A stretch of 64,000 nt of DNA from the NCBI RefSeq assembly GCF_009914755.1, contig NC_060927.1. One strand, given 5' to 3'. Origin of the DNA: the human T2T-CHM13v2.0 reference genome, Homo sapiens. Made by a program: the position numbers and the translations under genes. The notes beneath the pieces were generated by a model, which made no database searches, was not told where the DNA came from, and saw only the letters and a list, made by a program, of their open reading frames with translations. Shown in pieces: positions 13,324 to 29,215 of the stretch (its first letter is position 1; the number at the start of each line of letters is the position of its first letter).

Positions 13324-14010
13324 ATGACTGACCCAGTCACATTAAATGTAGGTGGACACTTGTATACAACGTCTCTCACCACATTGACGCGTTACCCGGA
13401 TTCCATGCTTGGAGCTATGTTTGGGGGGGACTTCCCCACAGCTCGAGACCCTCAAGGCAATTACTTTATTGATCGAGATGGACCTCTTTTCCGATATGTC
13501 CTCAACTTCTTAAGAACTTCAGAATTGACCTTACCGTTGGATTTTAAGGAATTTGATCTGCTTCGGAAAGAAGCAGATTTTTACCAGATTGAGCCCTTGA
13601 TTCAGTGTCTCAATGATCCTAAGCCTTTGTATCCCATGGATACTTTTGAAGAAGTTGTGGAGCTGTCTAGTACTCGGAAGCTTTCTAAGTACTCCAACCC
13701 AGTGGCTGTCATCATAACGCAACTAACCATCACCACTAAGGTCCATTCCTTACTAGAAGGCATCTCAAATTATTTTACCAAGTGGAATAAGCACATGATG
13801 GACACCAGAGACTGCCAGGTTTCCTTTACTTTTGGACCCTGTGATTATCACCAGGAAGTTTCTCTTAGGGTCCACCTGATGGAATACATTACAAAACAAG
13901 GTTTCACGATCCGCAACACCCGGGTGCATCACATGAGTGAGCGGGCCAATGAAAACACAGTGGAGCACAACTGGACTTTCTGTAGGCTAGCCCGGAAGAC
14001 AGACGACTGA
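13324..14010 (+). CDS. KCTD6: KCTD6, BTB/POZ (T1-type) domain protein and CUL3 adaptor; last coding exon
   Basis: ORF MTDPVTLNVGGHLYTTSLTTLTRYPDSMLGAMFGG...YFIDRDGPLFRYVLNFLR...EADFYQI is a KCTD BTB signature. Acceptor tttcag| at 13323. Confidence 0.97.
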   Translation: MTDPVTLNVGGHLYTTSLTTLTRYPDSMLGAMFGGDFPTARDPQGNYFIDRDGPLFRYVLNFLRTSELTLPLDFKEFDLLRKEADFYQIEPLIQCLNDPKPLYPMDTFEEVVELSSTRKLSKYSNPVAVIITQLTITTKVHSLLEGISNYFTKWNKHMMDTRDCQVSFTFGPCDYHQEVSLRVHLMEYITKQGFTIRNTRVHHMSERANENTVEHNWTFCRLARKTDD

Positions 14011-14713
14011 TCTCCGACCCTGCCACAGGTTCCTGGAAAGACTCTCCAGGAAATGGAAGATACTGATTTTTTTTTTTAAATCACAGTGTGAGATATTTTT
14101 TTTCTTTTAAATAGTTGTATTTATTTGAAGGCAGTGAGGACCAGAAGGAAGTTTTGTGCTTTGGCAGACTCCTCCATGTTTTGTTCCCTTCCCCCTGAGT
14201 ATGCATGTGCCTGTTCAGAGTCTCCAGATACCTTTTTTATAAAAAGAAGTCTGAAAATCATTATGGTATATAATCTACCCTTAACAGAGCTTTTCTTATT
14301 ACAGTGCTAAAATGATTTCTGATAAAATGGTCCCTAACTCAACTAGAAGGCTAAAAATACAAGAATGAAAGAATAAGCAGAGTACTCATGATGCCTTTGA
14401 GAAAAATCAAAACATCATGTAGGGTGACCTAGTTTCCAAACCAATAAATAAGTAGTATTGTAATATTAAAGGAAAACTGTTCCAATCATTTAAAAGTACT
14501 TATTAAGTACTGCTTTTTACAGTTATGACAACTGTTTCTTTCTATGCATATAAATCAAGGAACCAAATATCTGTAGCCATGGAAATGTCTGACTAGAAAT
14601 ATTTATATTGAATTCTGAATACAAAATGTCCCTGTGGTAGAAAACTTACTCTTTATGCCTGGTGCAGTATAATTCCCAAGTGTACTGTCTACCAGAAAAA
14701 AAAAAACAAAACT

Positions 14714-14719
14714 AATAAA
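14714..14719 (+). terminator. KCTD6: KCTD6 poly(A) signal AATAAA (a proximal one at 14443-14448)
   Basis: AATAAA followed by U/GU-rich sequence (gtttgtatttattg). Confidence 0.65.
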
Positions 14720-15844
14720 AAATGAAATATGAAAATTAAGTTTGTATTTATTGATTATTATTACTTAAGGGGAGAAAATCATATTTCTTGTCTAAAATAT
14801 GCATTGTTTATGTCCCAGTGTTTACTGCCCATAGCACATTTGTATTTGATTTGAGAGGACACAGTGGGATCTTAGGTTGCAGTTTATAAGAACTGTTGCG
14901 TCACTGAAACAAGGATGGATGGAATTATTAATTTTGACTAAAAGGGTGCATATTTGAACAGTGAACATACAGTTTTTCATATTTTTTCAAAAGAATTTAT
15001 GTTGAAGGTTACAGATTTTACTTTAATTGCCCACAGTTCTATGACCATTATTTCAGTTTTGTGCTAAGCACAGGAACAAAATGACTTTAGCCCTTTATGC
15101 TCATGTTTTGTGGTAATCGACAAATGTATTTTGTTAACAAAGTTAAGTTTATTTCTGAAGAGAAGAAACAAACTGCAGTGAATGAATGACCTAGAACGGT
15201 TGGAGAAATGCACGTACTTGGAGAAATACACGTACTTTTATTTATTTCACTGTAGTCTTATTTTGCATAGTTCATGTGCTTCTATTTCTTGAAAGTAACT
15301 CATAGGAAGGATTATTTTAATTGTACTGAGACTTCCTACTTTGTTAGACCACAGTATAAAAGGAAGTCATGTAATTTATTCCCTATTTTCTAAGGGAAGA
15401 GTGGAGCTCTGAGGCTGTGTGCCCTGGGGCAAGCAGGCCACTCCTTTTCTCCTTCTCTCTGTGAGAATATTCTGAGGTTCTCTCTCTGCAAGGAAGATGA
15501 CAACACTTCCTTATGTCTATTTTTGCCCACGTCTCTGAAAATTTATTTTAAAATGTGACAAATGACCCACATCCAGAAACCTGTAATTACCCTATTTTCA
15601 CCATCTTCAAACTAAGATCCTTTGATGTTATTGACAGGTTGCTGTGGTTTCAGTAAATCAATATACGAGTACAAGGTTATCATTTTGGAAAATTATCTTG
15701 TATTTAAAATTGATTTGATAGTTACCTTAAAAAAAAAAAAGGCCCAACCAGTTACGTGTTGTTGAGCTAGCTGAGGTCAATATGAAATAAAATGATTTGG
15801 GTTGAAAACAAGTGGGGAAATAGGAATAATACTAGTTTCCAGTT

Positions 15845-16173
<329 letters not shown>

Positions 16174-16741
16174 AAGTTTTTAAAAGTTAAAAACTTATGA
16201 GGCCTCTTCCTTGTCCTGTTTACTGGAGATAAGTTTGCTTTTGGTAAATTTTCTCAAATTTACTGATTATTAACAATGAAATGATTGTTTATATGAGTAA
16301 ATTAGGAAAAGTAGCCAGCTGAATTTTTTTTTTTTTTTTTTTTTTTTTGCCATTTTACTTGTCTAGTGACATTTAGAGTGTTTTGTCTAATTGGGCAATT
16401 GAAAATGATATGAAAAATGTAGCTTCATTTTATTTGGGTAACTTGAGACAGTTATGTCTTTTAATGAAATTTTAAATCATCACTGTGGAAGAGTTGATTT
16501 TTAAAAAATGATAGTTGCATTCTTAGAGCTGTATTTTATTTAGATTACAGCAAGTATACGCACTTAGGAGGATTGTGTGTGTGCATGTATGTGTGTCCTT
16601 TTAAACCCAAGGATAAATGTGTGCGAAAAACACACTAACTAATGAGCCTATTGGCTTTTGCTAGATCTACAGCAAAATCCTTGTATTTAACCAAATAGAT
16701 GCTATAAATGGACAGTGGTACGGTTTTTTTACTGTGGGAAA

Positions 16742-17316
<575 letters not shown>

Positions 17317-17526
17317 ACTGGAAATTGCAAACACATTCAGAAGTAGAGAGGATAGTGTAATGAACACTCATGTACCTGCCCATTGACCAGCTTCAACAAC
17401 TGTTCACTTTGGCTTTTTTCTCCTATGGATTATTTTGAAGTAAATCACAGATATTATTTCACATATATCACTTCAGACTGTATCTAAAAGATAATGACTC
17501 TAAAACATAAATATCTAATTTAAAAT

Positions 17527-17532
17527 TTTAAT
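17527..17532 (-). terminator. ACOX2: ACOX2 poly(A) signal ATTAAA
   Basis: tttaat on the + strand, ~70 nt past the stop codon. Confidence 0.6.
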
Positions 17533-17601
17533 GTTGCATATATGCCATAGTACCATTATCACATGATGGTGCTGGTTGCTTCTTGAATACTGTTGGTTAT
17601 T

Positions 17602-17664
17602 TCATAGCTTGGATCTCCAACTTTGTAAAAGTGGTCTTATATATTCCTCATAGGCAGGGTTCTC
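17602..17664 (-). CDS. ACOX2: ACOX2 exon 15 (ENPAYEEYIRPLLQSWRSKL*), PTS1 SKL
   Basis: Acceptor ttctttctacaaacag|, 20 codons plus TGA. Missed by the ORF track because it is short. Confidence 0.96.
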   Translation of the reverse strand, partial: ENPAYEEYIRPLLQSWRSKL

Positions 17665-18024
17665 CTGTTTGTAGAAAGAAACGCATTATTAACACAGTAC
17701 ATTTCTGCCAGGATTAATGACTTTCACTTTCAAATTAAGTCTCTAGCTTCAAAAAGTAACATTACGTAAGATTCTTAATTTTAAAAATTATTTCTAAGAC
17801 TCATTTTGTGTGAACATATGGAGAAACATTTTTTCCAAAGGGCATCCTTCCTTTTCTCATGCAGATTTTAAATTGTGGATGCAGGTGGCCAATTAAAAAC
17901 ACAGCTTATCACTTGCTTTTGGAATTTCATACAAATAAAAGGCTTGACTCTTTGAGGCTCTCTGAAACTGAACATTAATCACAAAGCAAGGAACCAGATA
18001 GGGATCATATAAGCAGTATTCTAG

Positions 18025-18508
<484 letters not shown>

Positions 18509-18881
18509 TAGAATAGTTTTTGGCACAAAGCATGTACTTAGTAAATATTTGTTGAATTGTTGAATGAATGAATCAGTAGATGTATTTAATGCATCTAACT
18601 CCTATTTGGACACATTTTTACAATAGAATAATTGGGGAAAAACAGGATTTTTGTTTTGAAATTATCCCCAATGATTCTTCCCTTAAACCAAGAAAGCACA
18701 TCATCCTGTCCAGGAATAAAGCTCAACGCTGCCCCAGACAGAAGAGAGCTTCTCCTATGATTCTAAGATGTTTACCTTAGCATAGCACTTTTCTTTTGGT
18801 AGAAAAATGTCAGTGAAATATATTCCTGTCTGTACTTTTATGTCTACAGGGTGTGTTTCAACATAGCTGCTGTTTTATTTA

Positions 18882-19197
<316 letters not shown>

Positions 19198-21270
19198 AAT
19201 ATCTGTAGTGTGCCTTTTTCTATTAGTGCAAATGAGGAAAATGTCTCTTATTGCAGCTTCAAAATTATAGCATTATATCTTAAGAGTAGGGTTAAAAAAT
19301 TATCCACAGCACATTAAAAAATACACTTTAAAAGTGCTATTTTGGTGATCTCTAAAAGGAGCCAGAAATGTAAGATCATGTACATTAGCAGGCAGCCTCA
19401 TGTCATTTTAACTGACTGGAAACAGTTCACTAAGGTCATTTGTAACTTCACATTCCCAAATTATCATGCGTGAAAGATCCACAATGCTATACCTGTCACC
19501 TTTTTAGGAAGGTAATATAAGCTAGGATGACAAGAGTGTGTGGCACTGTGTATGCAGCAGATTCCTTTGTCTCACTATGCAGGTTGTAAAACCATGTTCA
19601 TTTATTCCATAGACGTGGAGTGTCTACTCTGTGATAGATCTTGGAGTTGGGAAGGTGAAGACTCCTTCGTTGTTCACAGTCAAGTGGAAGGAGATAGAAG
19701 TGAATGGGATGAAGTGCATCAATGTTTTCCCAAATGTGTTGACCCTCTGGGTCAGTCATTCCTCTCGTTTAGATAAACATGTTCTCATGTAGTATCCAGA
19801 TTAAAGTCTTTTAAAATAAATATTAAAACCAACTAAAACACAAGAAAGCCCCCTCCATTCTCTCTAGAGAAACCAGAATGTTTCCTGTGTTGCCAGTATA
19901 ACAGGTTTGGGCTATATATGTCAGCATTTCTGACAGGTGTTATAGCAGGGCGGGTTTTTCTGTGGAGCACCAAAGGGCACACATTTATCTTTAGACCATG
20001 GAAGCTAGTCTGGAGTGGGAGGACTGCTGTATTTTTATGCCAAGATTGAAATGTTAGATCTAATCATTAGAAAAAGTAACACACTGGAAGTAGGTTAACT
20101 GTACTAAAGCAGTGAACATATATTGTTTATATTTCCTTGAGTTAAAAGGATGTCTTTCTGGGGACAGGGAGTGACCAAGATGGGTTAGTTGTGTTGTAAC
20201 TTTAGATAATCATGTTAAATTAAGCCATGTGGTATGACAGGCTGCAAATTGTTAAGAGCAAGTCTAACACCATGCTGGGTGTGAATGAAAGCCTGAGAGT
20301 TGCCAATTTGATGTGGTGTTAAGACACCTTTTCTGAAATTGGACCAAAGAGGTAAAAAAGAAAGCTTCACCACCTGAATCATGTATTTGCACTATAAAAT
20401 TTAAAATAATCTGTTTTGTACCTATAGACTTTTTGTTTTGATCATCTATGTAAAATCTGCTATTAAATATTGGTTCCTCATATTCTAACTACAGGGTTTA
20501 TTACCTCACTCCTGTTAACATATTCATTGACATTTACAACTTTTCCCAAAGAGGCTCATAAGCATAGAGCTGCGAGCATACCCTGGCCCTTGAGTGTTGG
20601 GACCTTATGAGTCCTCCCCGTCTTCTCGCTGTTAATGATGTAGAGTTCTGGTGTGCTCTCCTAGGATGGCTGGGGATTTTTTTGGCATGACCCTTTTAAT
20701 TGTCACTCATATGGCTTTCCTGGGCTACTAATGGCAGTGCAGCAGCTTTCTTTGCTCCTTGGATTGTATTCCTTAGAGTGAAGAGGAGAGGGTATCATCT
20801 CTAGCAGGCAATCAGGTCTAAGAGAGACATCCCTCAAGCTTCCTACCACTTCTGAATACCTACTTTTATCTACACAAAACTGAAAGTTAAAAGGCTGAAA
20901 ATAAGGTGGTTCAATTACCGCAGTGATTTATCTCCTTCTTTTTGTTACTTAAAAGCCAGTTTACCACTCTGTGTGTATGCACTTGGGTCTGTCAAGCCAT
21001 GATTTAGAGCTTGGGCCTTCCTCTTAATTCCCTTTACTAAGTTCCGAGCAGTGCATTTTGCTGATTACAATCCAGGCTCAGAGTTCCTGCCAGGCCATAC
21101 TGCCACTCCTTGTTTCTTTTATGTGTTCTCTAAGAATATTTTAAACAGACGTGCTACGCCAAGTGATTGCCAACCTAACGGGAATCAATTAAAATGCGAG
21201 AACATGAAGGTGTATTCACTGCCTGTTCTCTGCTTTCTTACATAATTTATAATGTGTTCCACTCAACTAC

Positions 21271-21403
21271 CTGAGTATTGGTTGGTGACTTCTGAGCCCA
21301 CTGGAACAGGCGTTCGTAGACGTTTCCATCATAACAGCCAAGTGCTGAATTTAAACACTGATCGGTGAAGTCAAAAGCATCAGTTAACAGGATGGCATCC
21401 TTC
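21271..21403 (-). CDS. ACOX2: ACOX2 exon 14 (133 nt)
   Basis: [44 protein letters not shown]; AG/GT bounded. Confidence 0.96.
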
Positions 21404-21624
21404 CTGGGATAGGAAACAAGAGTTTGTAAGTATTTTAGATTGCTCTTATGAATCAAACTAGTCTTGGATGGTGAATAACAATACCTAATTAGAGGTTGCA
21501 TGATTATTCGCTTTTCAAACAATTCAGCATTTTTTTTTAGTTTTTATTTTTTAATCAGTTATATGTGCATAGTATAATGAGTCAAAGGGTTCCGTAAGGC
21601 TTGTTTAAAAAAACAGCATATCCG

Positions 21625-22300
<676 letters not shown>

Positions 22301-22728
22301 TAGTTGATATTTCAGTATTTATCTGAATGTCAAAATATCTTGTTTATATTGCTGCTTGTTGATGGTTCAGTTTGAGATATTATCTGTTGAATCTTCATTC
22401 AAAAGGTAAAGATTTATATTTATCACCCCCTCTCTTCACTCCTACCTCCCCTTGTTCCCATTCTTCTTCCTCCTGGCCTTCGGGCCTCCCAATATAGTTA
22501 TAATTTTGGCCAGACCAATATTTAGTATTGACATTATGATGATTGTGTGTCATTAAAGCATTGGTGGTAACTGGGATACTGTATCCAATGTAATCGTTTC
22601 TTGATGATCCCCAACATCATATGAGCCCTACCGCCAATTTAATGTCCCCCTGCCCCCTTGTGGTCTCACTTCATTCCTTATCCAGCTGAAATTCCATGTT
22701 CTATTACTCTCTCAAAAATACATTCAAC

Positions 22729-23011
22729 AGGCCGGGCGCGATGGCTCACACCTGTAATCCCAGCAATTTGGGAGACCGAGGCAGATGGATCAGCTGAGGT
22801 CAGGAGTTCGAGACCAGCCTGGCCAACATGGCGGAACCCTGTCTCTACTAAAAATACAAAAATTAGCCAGGTGTGGTGGTGTGTGCCTGTAGTCTCAGCT
22901 ACTGGGAAGGCTGAGGTGGGAGAATCGCTTGAACCTGGGAGTCAGAGGTTGCAGTGAGCTGAGATCGTGCCGCTGCACTCCAGCTTGGGCAACAGAGCAA
23001 GACTCCCGCTC

Positions 23012-23042
<31 letters not shown>

Positions 23043-23055
23043 AATAAATAAATAA

Positions 23056-23099
<44 letters not shown>
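22729..23099 (+). mobile_element. AluS with an A/(TA)n/(CA)n tail microsatellite
   Basis: Sense Alu followed by A-run, TAAA, TA and CA repeats. Confidence 0.9.
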
Positions 23100-23600
23100 T
23101 CAACGATTTTTCTTGCTTTGTCATACCTGTTTAGCAAAACGCATACCTCTTTGTCTTTAGTTTTCCACCCACTTTGTGCCACCACCTTTGTAGCTATACA
23201 TGGCTGGAAAAAACAATCATAACTGGTGTAATAAGGGCTCAAGTGGGCCCTGATTGCAGCTCAGCAATCGTATTACATTGCTATATTTACTCATTGTTCA
23301 TTTACTGTTTCTTTTTCTTAGGCAGTTATTTCTTACCATCTCTTTGATCCTCAGATTGACACTATCCACCTTTCCCATCTCTTTTGCCTGGATGGCTTTA
23401 CATCGTATTTCACTAATGAAGTGGAAGCAGTAAGAGAATCTGTGTAAGTTCCCACCCTTGCATTTATACATACAATGCTTTCTCTCTTCAGGCTCTCAGC
23501 TCAGGCCTCAGTCCCTCCTTGTCTACTAGATGTCTTTTCCTCTTGCATACTGGAGAACAACATTCTCCTGCCTTTCTCCAACAACATCAAAATTCCCCTC

Positions 23601-24036
23601 AGGGGTAAAAAGTTAGTGGAAATGCCCTTCTTTCTTTTTACTGTAGGCCTGGCTGGTTGCTGTCAAAATGGGCAAGTTCATAAAAAGTGGGAAAGTGGTG
23701 CTGGTCCTGGCTGGATGCTACTCTGGACGCAAAGCCATTATCATGAAGGACATTGATGATGGCACCTCAGTCCATTCTTACAGTCATGCTTTGGTAGCTG
23801 GAATTGACTGCTATCCTCACAAAGTGACAGCTGCCATAGGCAAGAAGATCTCCAAGAGGTCAAGGATCAAGTCTTTTGCAAAAGCTTATAACTGCAATCA
23901 CCTCATGCCCACAAGGTACTCTGTAGATATCCTCTTGGACAAACTGTCATCAACAAGGATCTCCTCAAAGACCTTGCTCTTAAACACAAGGCGTGATGGG
24001 AGGCCAAGATCAAGTTCAAAGAAAGGTACAAGAAAA
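23601..24036 (+). pseudogene. Processed RPL27 pseudogene (3'-truncated), antisense in ACOX2 intron 13
   Basis: [23 protein letters not shown]...[12 protein letters not shown] matches RPL27. Intronless with a pyrimidine TOP-like leader, a 1-nt deletion near 23943 and an in-frame TGA near 23994. TSD aaaa(t/a)tcccctc at 23589-23600 and 24037-24048. Confidence 0.93.
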
Positions 24037-25055
24037 AAAAATCCCCTCTCTACTGGATCATTTCCATCAGTATACAAACAGACAATCATTTCTCCCATCT
24101 TAAACACAAGCTTTTGACTCTATTTCCTTCTCCATCACCTTGGCTCCCGTTTAGGACAAAACTCCCTGAAAGTGTTATGTGTGTTTATGCTTATGATTTC
24201 CAATTTTCACATTCTCTCCTGAACTGGATCTGTTCATGTTTTTACTCCCACCACTCCACAGAAATAGCTCTTGCCACGGTTACTTCCTTATTATCTTGCG
24301 AGGGTCTCAAGACTGAGTACTTGGACCTCTTCTCTTCATGCACTCCTTGTGATGTTCTTCTCAAGGCTTTAAATATCAACCATACGCCAATGACTTCCAA
24401 ACTTATCCTTCCAGTGTCCCCTGCTTACCAACATCTGTACTTGGATTTCTGATAGGCTCTTCAAAAGTAATGTATCTGAACCCAAACTCCTTCCCGTCCA
24501 CCCTGCCCAAACCTGGGCCTCCTGTAGTCTTCCGCATTTATAGTAAATGGCAGCTCTGCCCTTCTGACCAAAAACCTTGATTCTTCTCTTCTTTCTCACC
24601 ATACATCTAATCTGTCAGCAAATCCTGTTCTGCCTTCAAGATATATTCAAACTTCAACCATTCCCACCACCTCCAGCACTGTCACTGCTCCAATCCACTA
24701 TCATCACTCACTTGGATGATTGCATTAGCGATCCAGCTGATCTCCCTGCTTTTCACTCTTAGTTCTTAATATGGCAGCTGGAGCAAGCCTTTAAAAATAC
24801 ACATCAGATTCTTTTAGGTTGTGTCTATCCAATGCTCAAAACCCTCCCATTCTATCCCATGCTCAAAACCCTCGCATTCTCTTAAGTCTTTGCAATGATC
24901 TACCTTACCGTCTCTTCCCACCCCCTACTGTACTCCCTTAACTCTCTGCCCTCTGCCGTCATTTTCCACCGCAGTCATGCCATTCCTGCCCCTGTGGCCT
25001 CTTCTGTGTTCTCTGGATGGATATGCCAAGCACACTCTGGTCTCCAACATTTGTA

Positions 25056-25343
25056 CTGTCATGCACTGCATAATGATGTTTTGGTCAATGATGGACCATG
25101 TATATGATGGCGGTCCCATGACATTATGATAGAGCTGAAAAATTCCTATTGCTTAGTGATTGATGTTAGAATTGGCTGCAGTATTCAGAACAGCAACATG
25201 CTTTGCAGGTGTGACTGTACGAGCAATAGGCTATACCATTTAGGCTTGTGTAAGTACACTCTGTGATGTTCACATGATGACAGACTCACCTGAAGACACA
25301 TTTCTCAGAACGGATCCTCCAGTCATTAAGTGATGCATGACTG
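25056..25343. mobile_element. Tigger3-type (TcMar) DNA transposon derivative
   Basis: Terminal inverted repeats c(t)gtcatgca...tgcatgactg flanked by TA on both sides. Confidence 0.75.
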
Positions 25344-27381
25344 TACTTATGTTCTGCCTGTAATGCTCTTTCCCTAGCAGCCACAACAGCTTCTCCCTAC
25401 CTTCTCCTCAGGTCTTTCCTTAAATGTCACCCTCCCAGGGAGGCCTTCTCTGGCCTACTTAAAATTGTAGCTCCCCCTCCTCCCTACTGACCCCCAGCAT
25501 TCTTTCCTCCACTTCCTGCTATCCTTTCTTTCATGGTAGGTATTACCATTTCACATGGTATACAGTGTGACTTATTTTGTGCATGTGTGTGCCTGTCTCC
25601 TCTCCTCTAGTCTGTAGGCATCTGTGACCCTTTTTCATCTGAAACTCGTATCCTTCATTTGAGGAATGTTTTCTTGAATTATTTTATTAATGATTCGCTT
25701 CCTTCTGTTTTCTCTGTCTTCTTTCTAGACCTGTTCTTCAGATGATGAACAGCTAAGATTGGTCCTCTTACTTTTTAAAAGTCCTCCTTTTTTTTGTCTT
25801 TTTGCTTTCTTGCTGTGAGATTTCTGCAACTTTATCTTCCAGTCCTTACATTGAGTTTTTCATTTCCATTATCATTTTTTAACTTCAAGGAGCTCTTTTT
25901 TTAGGTTCTCTGAATATTAGTTTTAAATAATGGCATTCAGGTTTTTATTTTGTGGTTGCAATACCGTCTCTTAACTCTGAGATATCACTGTTTTTTTTTT
26001 TTAAGTTTTCTTCTCCCTGTGGATTCTCTTATGTCCTCTGAATTGCCTTGTTCTTGCTTGTTTTGGTCTCCATCTTTTATGTTAGGGGCATTCTTCAGGT
26101 GTTTGGTGATCCCTGAGTGTCTGATCATAGCTAAAAGCAAAGCCTTAACTAGCTGATTACAAACTTGTGGCTATGCTTGCTAGTATGGGGTTCACTATGG
26201 AGTGAATTGGGTGGACCATTGGGGGACTCTGATGTCAGTGTCTTTAGCTCCTTCTCCTTGGGCTGGTCAGATTCTCCAGAGAAGGATCATCTTACCATCT
26301 TCTTGCAGGGTACTAGTCTGGCTGCCAGTTTTTTAGGAACCAGTGGGAAAAAAGGTCTGGGGGAGGGAGGTGTCAGTATTTGGCCTATAAAGAACCCTGT
26401 GTTTTCTGAAGGGTAGCCTTATTATCAACTATACCTGATGCTCCCTAGTCCACAGATCCTCTATTTACCCTTCTGCCAGGGCAGAGTCAAGGAAAGTCTT
26501 AAAATTACTCACAGAGGCTAGGTGTGTTAGCTCATGCATGTAATCCCAGCACTTTGGGAGGCTAAGGTAGGAGGATCCCTTGAGCCCAGGAGTTCAAGAG
26601 CAGCCTGGACAACACAGAGACAACATCTCTTTCTCTTTGTGGGTTTATGCCTTTTAAAAAATTTCAGTCCATTCACTGATGTTTTAGTAGGGTTTCGGGA
26701 AAGAACAGAAGTAAATGCATAGTTTAATCTGTCATCTTTACCTGGAAGTCCCCCCAGCTGAGGTTTTATGACCGCTTAAACAACTAAAAACTGTTTGGGT
26801 CAGTTAACATTGCAGAGAGCTTGTTCTTGGCATCCATAGCATACTATGCCGCCCTTCAGTTTTCATCTCAGAAATCTTAGGGAGATAGTGACTAATCAAG
26901 GCAGGGAACTGTGACACCAAACAGTGATATGCATAGAATCTGTTATGTGCCTAATTACCCTGCAGTAGTAAGGCTACTTAGGAACCATCATGGAAGTAAA
27001 TCAATTTCTGGGTTTGACGCATGAGTAAGTTGGCAGATTGCATCTGGGCTGTCTGTCTTGTCTTGAATTGTAAGTTTCTGGAGCCAAGGCAAGCACTTAG
27101 AAATGCTGTTTGCAAATTTAAAAAACATGCTTATAGGGTGTTAAGGTAATCTTTTGTATTTTATCATCACTGACAACCGGGGCTAGAACATTATTTTCAA
27201 GTGCTTTTAAATTCTGAGAGTTTCAAAAAGATGGACACCCTTGGGCTTGAACTGTGCAGTACTTAATTATGCTCTTAATAGTTTTCACCACTGGATTCCC
27301 TGTATTAGGGAAAGTTTTATACCTGGGACATAATTGTGTCAAACGTATTTTTGACAGTTTTTGATGATTTAACTGAACAAA

Positions 27382-28331
<950 letters not shown>

Positions 28332-28910
28332 TTTTTTTTTTCTTTATTGTTTTTATTTCTATTTTTTCTAGGACTCTGATCAGGTTGGGCTTTGGTTTTG
28401 ATATGTTTTTAAAGCAATCGTTTAGATTATAGAATAATAGTGTGAAAGCACTGCATTAGTATTTCATTCACCATACATGGCACTGCATTAATGCTGCATT
28501 AAAAAACTTTGTGTTATTATTTTATAAATCAATATATGAATTACAGAGTTAAAAAAAATTTTTCATCTTGAAGCTGAGGGAAGATTAAGGTAAGTTTACT
28601 AAACTTGGTAAGAATTTGCTTAAGCACATTCAACAAAGACTAGGATGTGTTCAAAGTATATAATACCTCAACCTTAACCTTAACATACAGGTTAAGAGCT
28701 CATGCCCAGGGGCCAGACCTGAGATTGTACCCAGCCCCTCCTCTGGCTGATTGTGTGATACTGGGCAACTCCCATCAGCCTGAATTTCCTTTCCAATAAA
28801 ATGAGGAGATTAATAGTACCCATTTCAAAGGGCTGTAAGGATTAAATGAGATGTATGTAAAAGCTTTTGGCACAGGGCCTGTCACATAAGTGCTCTTTAA
28901 AGGTTGGCTA

Positions 28911-29215
28911 TGCCTGGGCACGTTGGTTCACACCTGTAATCCCAGCACTTTGGGAGGCCAAGGCAGGTGGATCACTTGAGGTCAGGAGTTGGAGACCAGC
29001 CTGGTCAACATGGCGAAACCCCATCTCTACTAAAAATACAAAAATTAGCTGGGCATGGGGGTGGGCACCTGTAATCCCAGCTACTTGGGAGGCTGAAGCA
29101 GGAGAATCACTTGAACCCAGAGGCAGAGGTTGCAATGAGACAAGATTGTACTACTGCACTTTAGCCTGGGTGACAGAGCCAGTCCCTGTCTAAAAAAAAA
29201 GAAAAGAAAAAAAAA
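28911..29215 (+). mobile_element. AluS
   Basis: Sense Alu dimer with an A tail. Confidence 0.88.

Larger units (their letters stand above)
23100..25620 (+). mobile_element. L2 remnant hosting the RPL27 retrocopy and a Tigger3 element
   Basis: L2-like phrases (ctctctactggatcatttccatcag, ccaccactccacagaaatagctcttgcca, aatctgtcagcaaatcctg, aaatgtcacc...gaggcctt). Confidence 0.65.

Noticed and set aside
17596-17604. Stop-codon readthrough at ACOX2, as in some peroxisomal isoforms
   Set aside because: Context is TGA-AAT rather than TGA-CTAG, and SKL is already terminal.
23668-24117. 149-aa RPL27-like ORF as a functional retrogene
   Set aside because: Many substitutions and a frameshift after ~92 codons; the C-terminus runs into L2 sequence.
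24831-24880. Duplicated atgctcaaaaccctc
   Set aside because: Ordinary slippage duplication inside L2; no functional hint.
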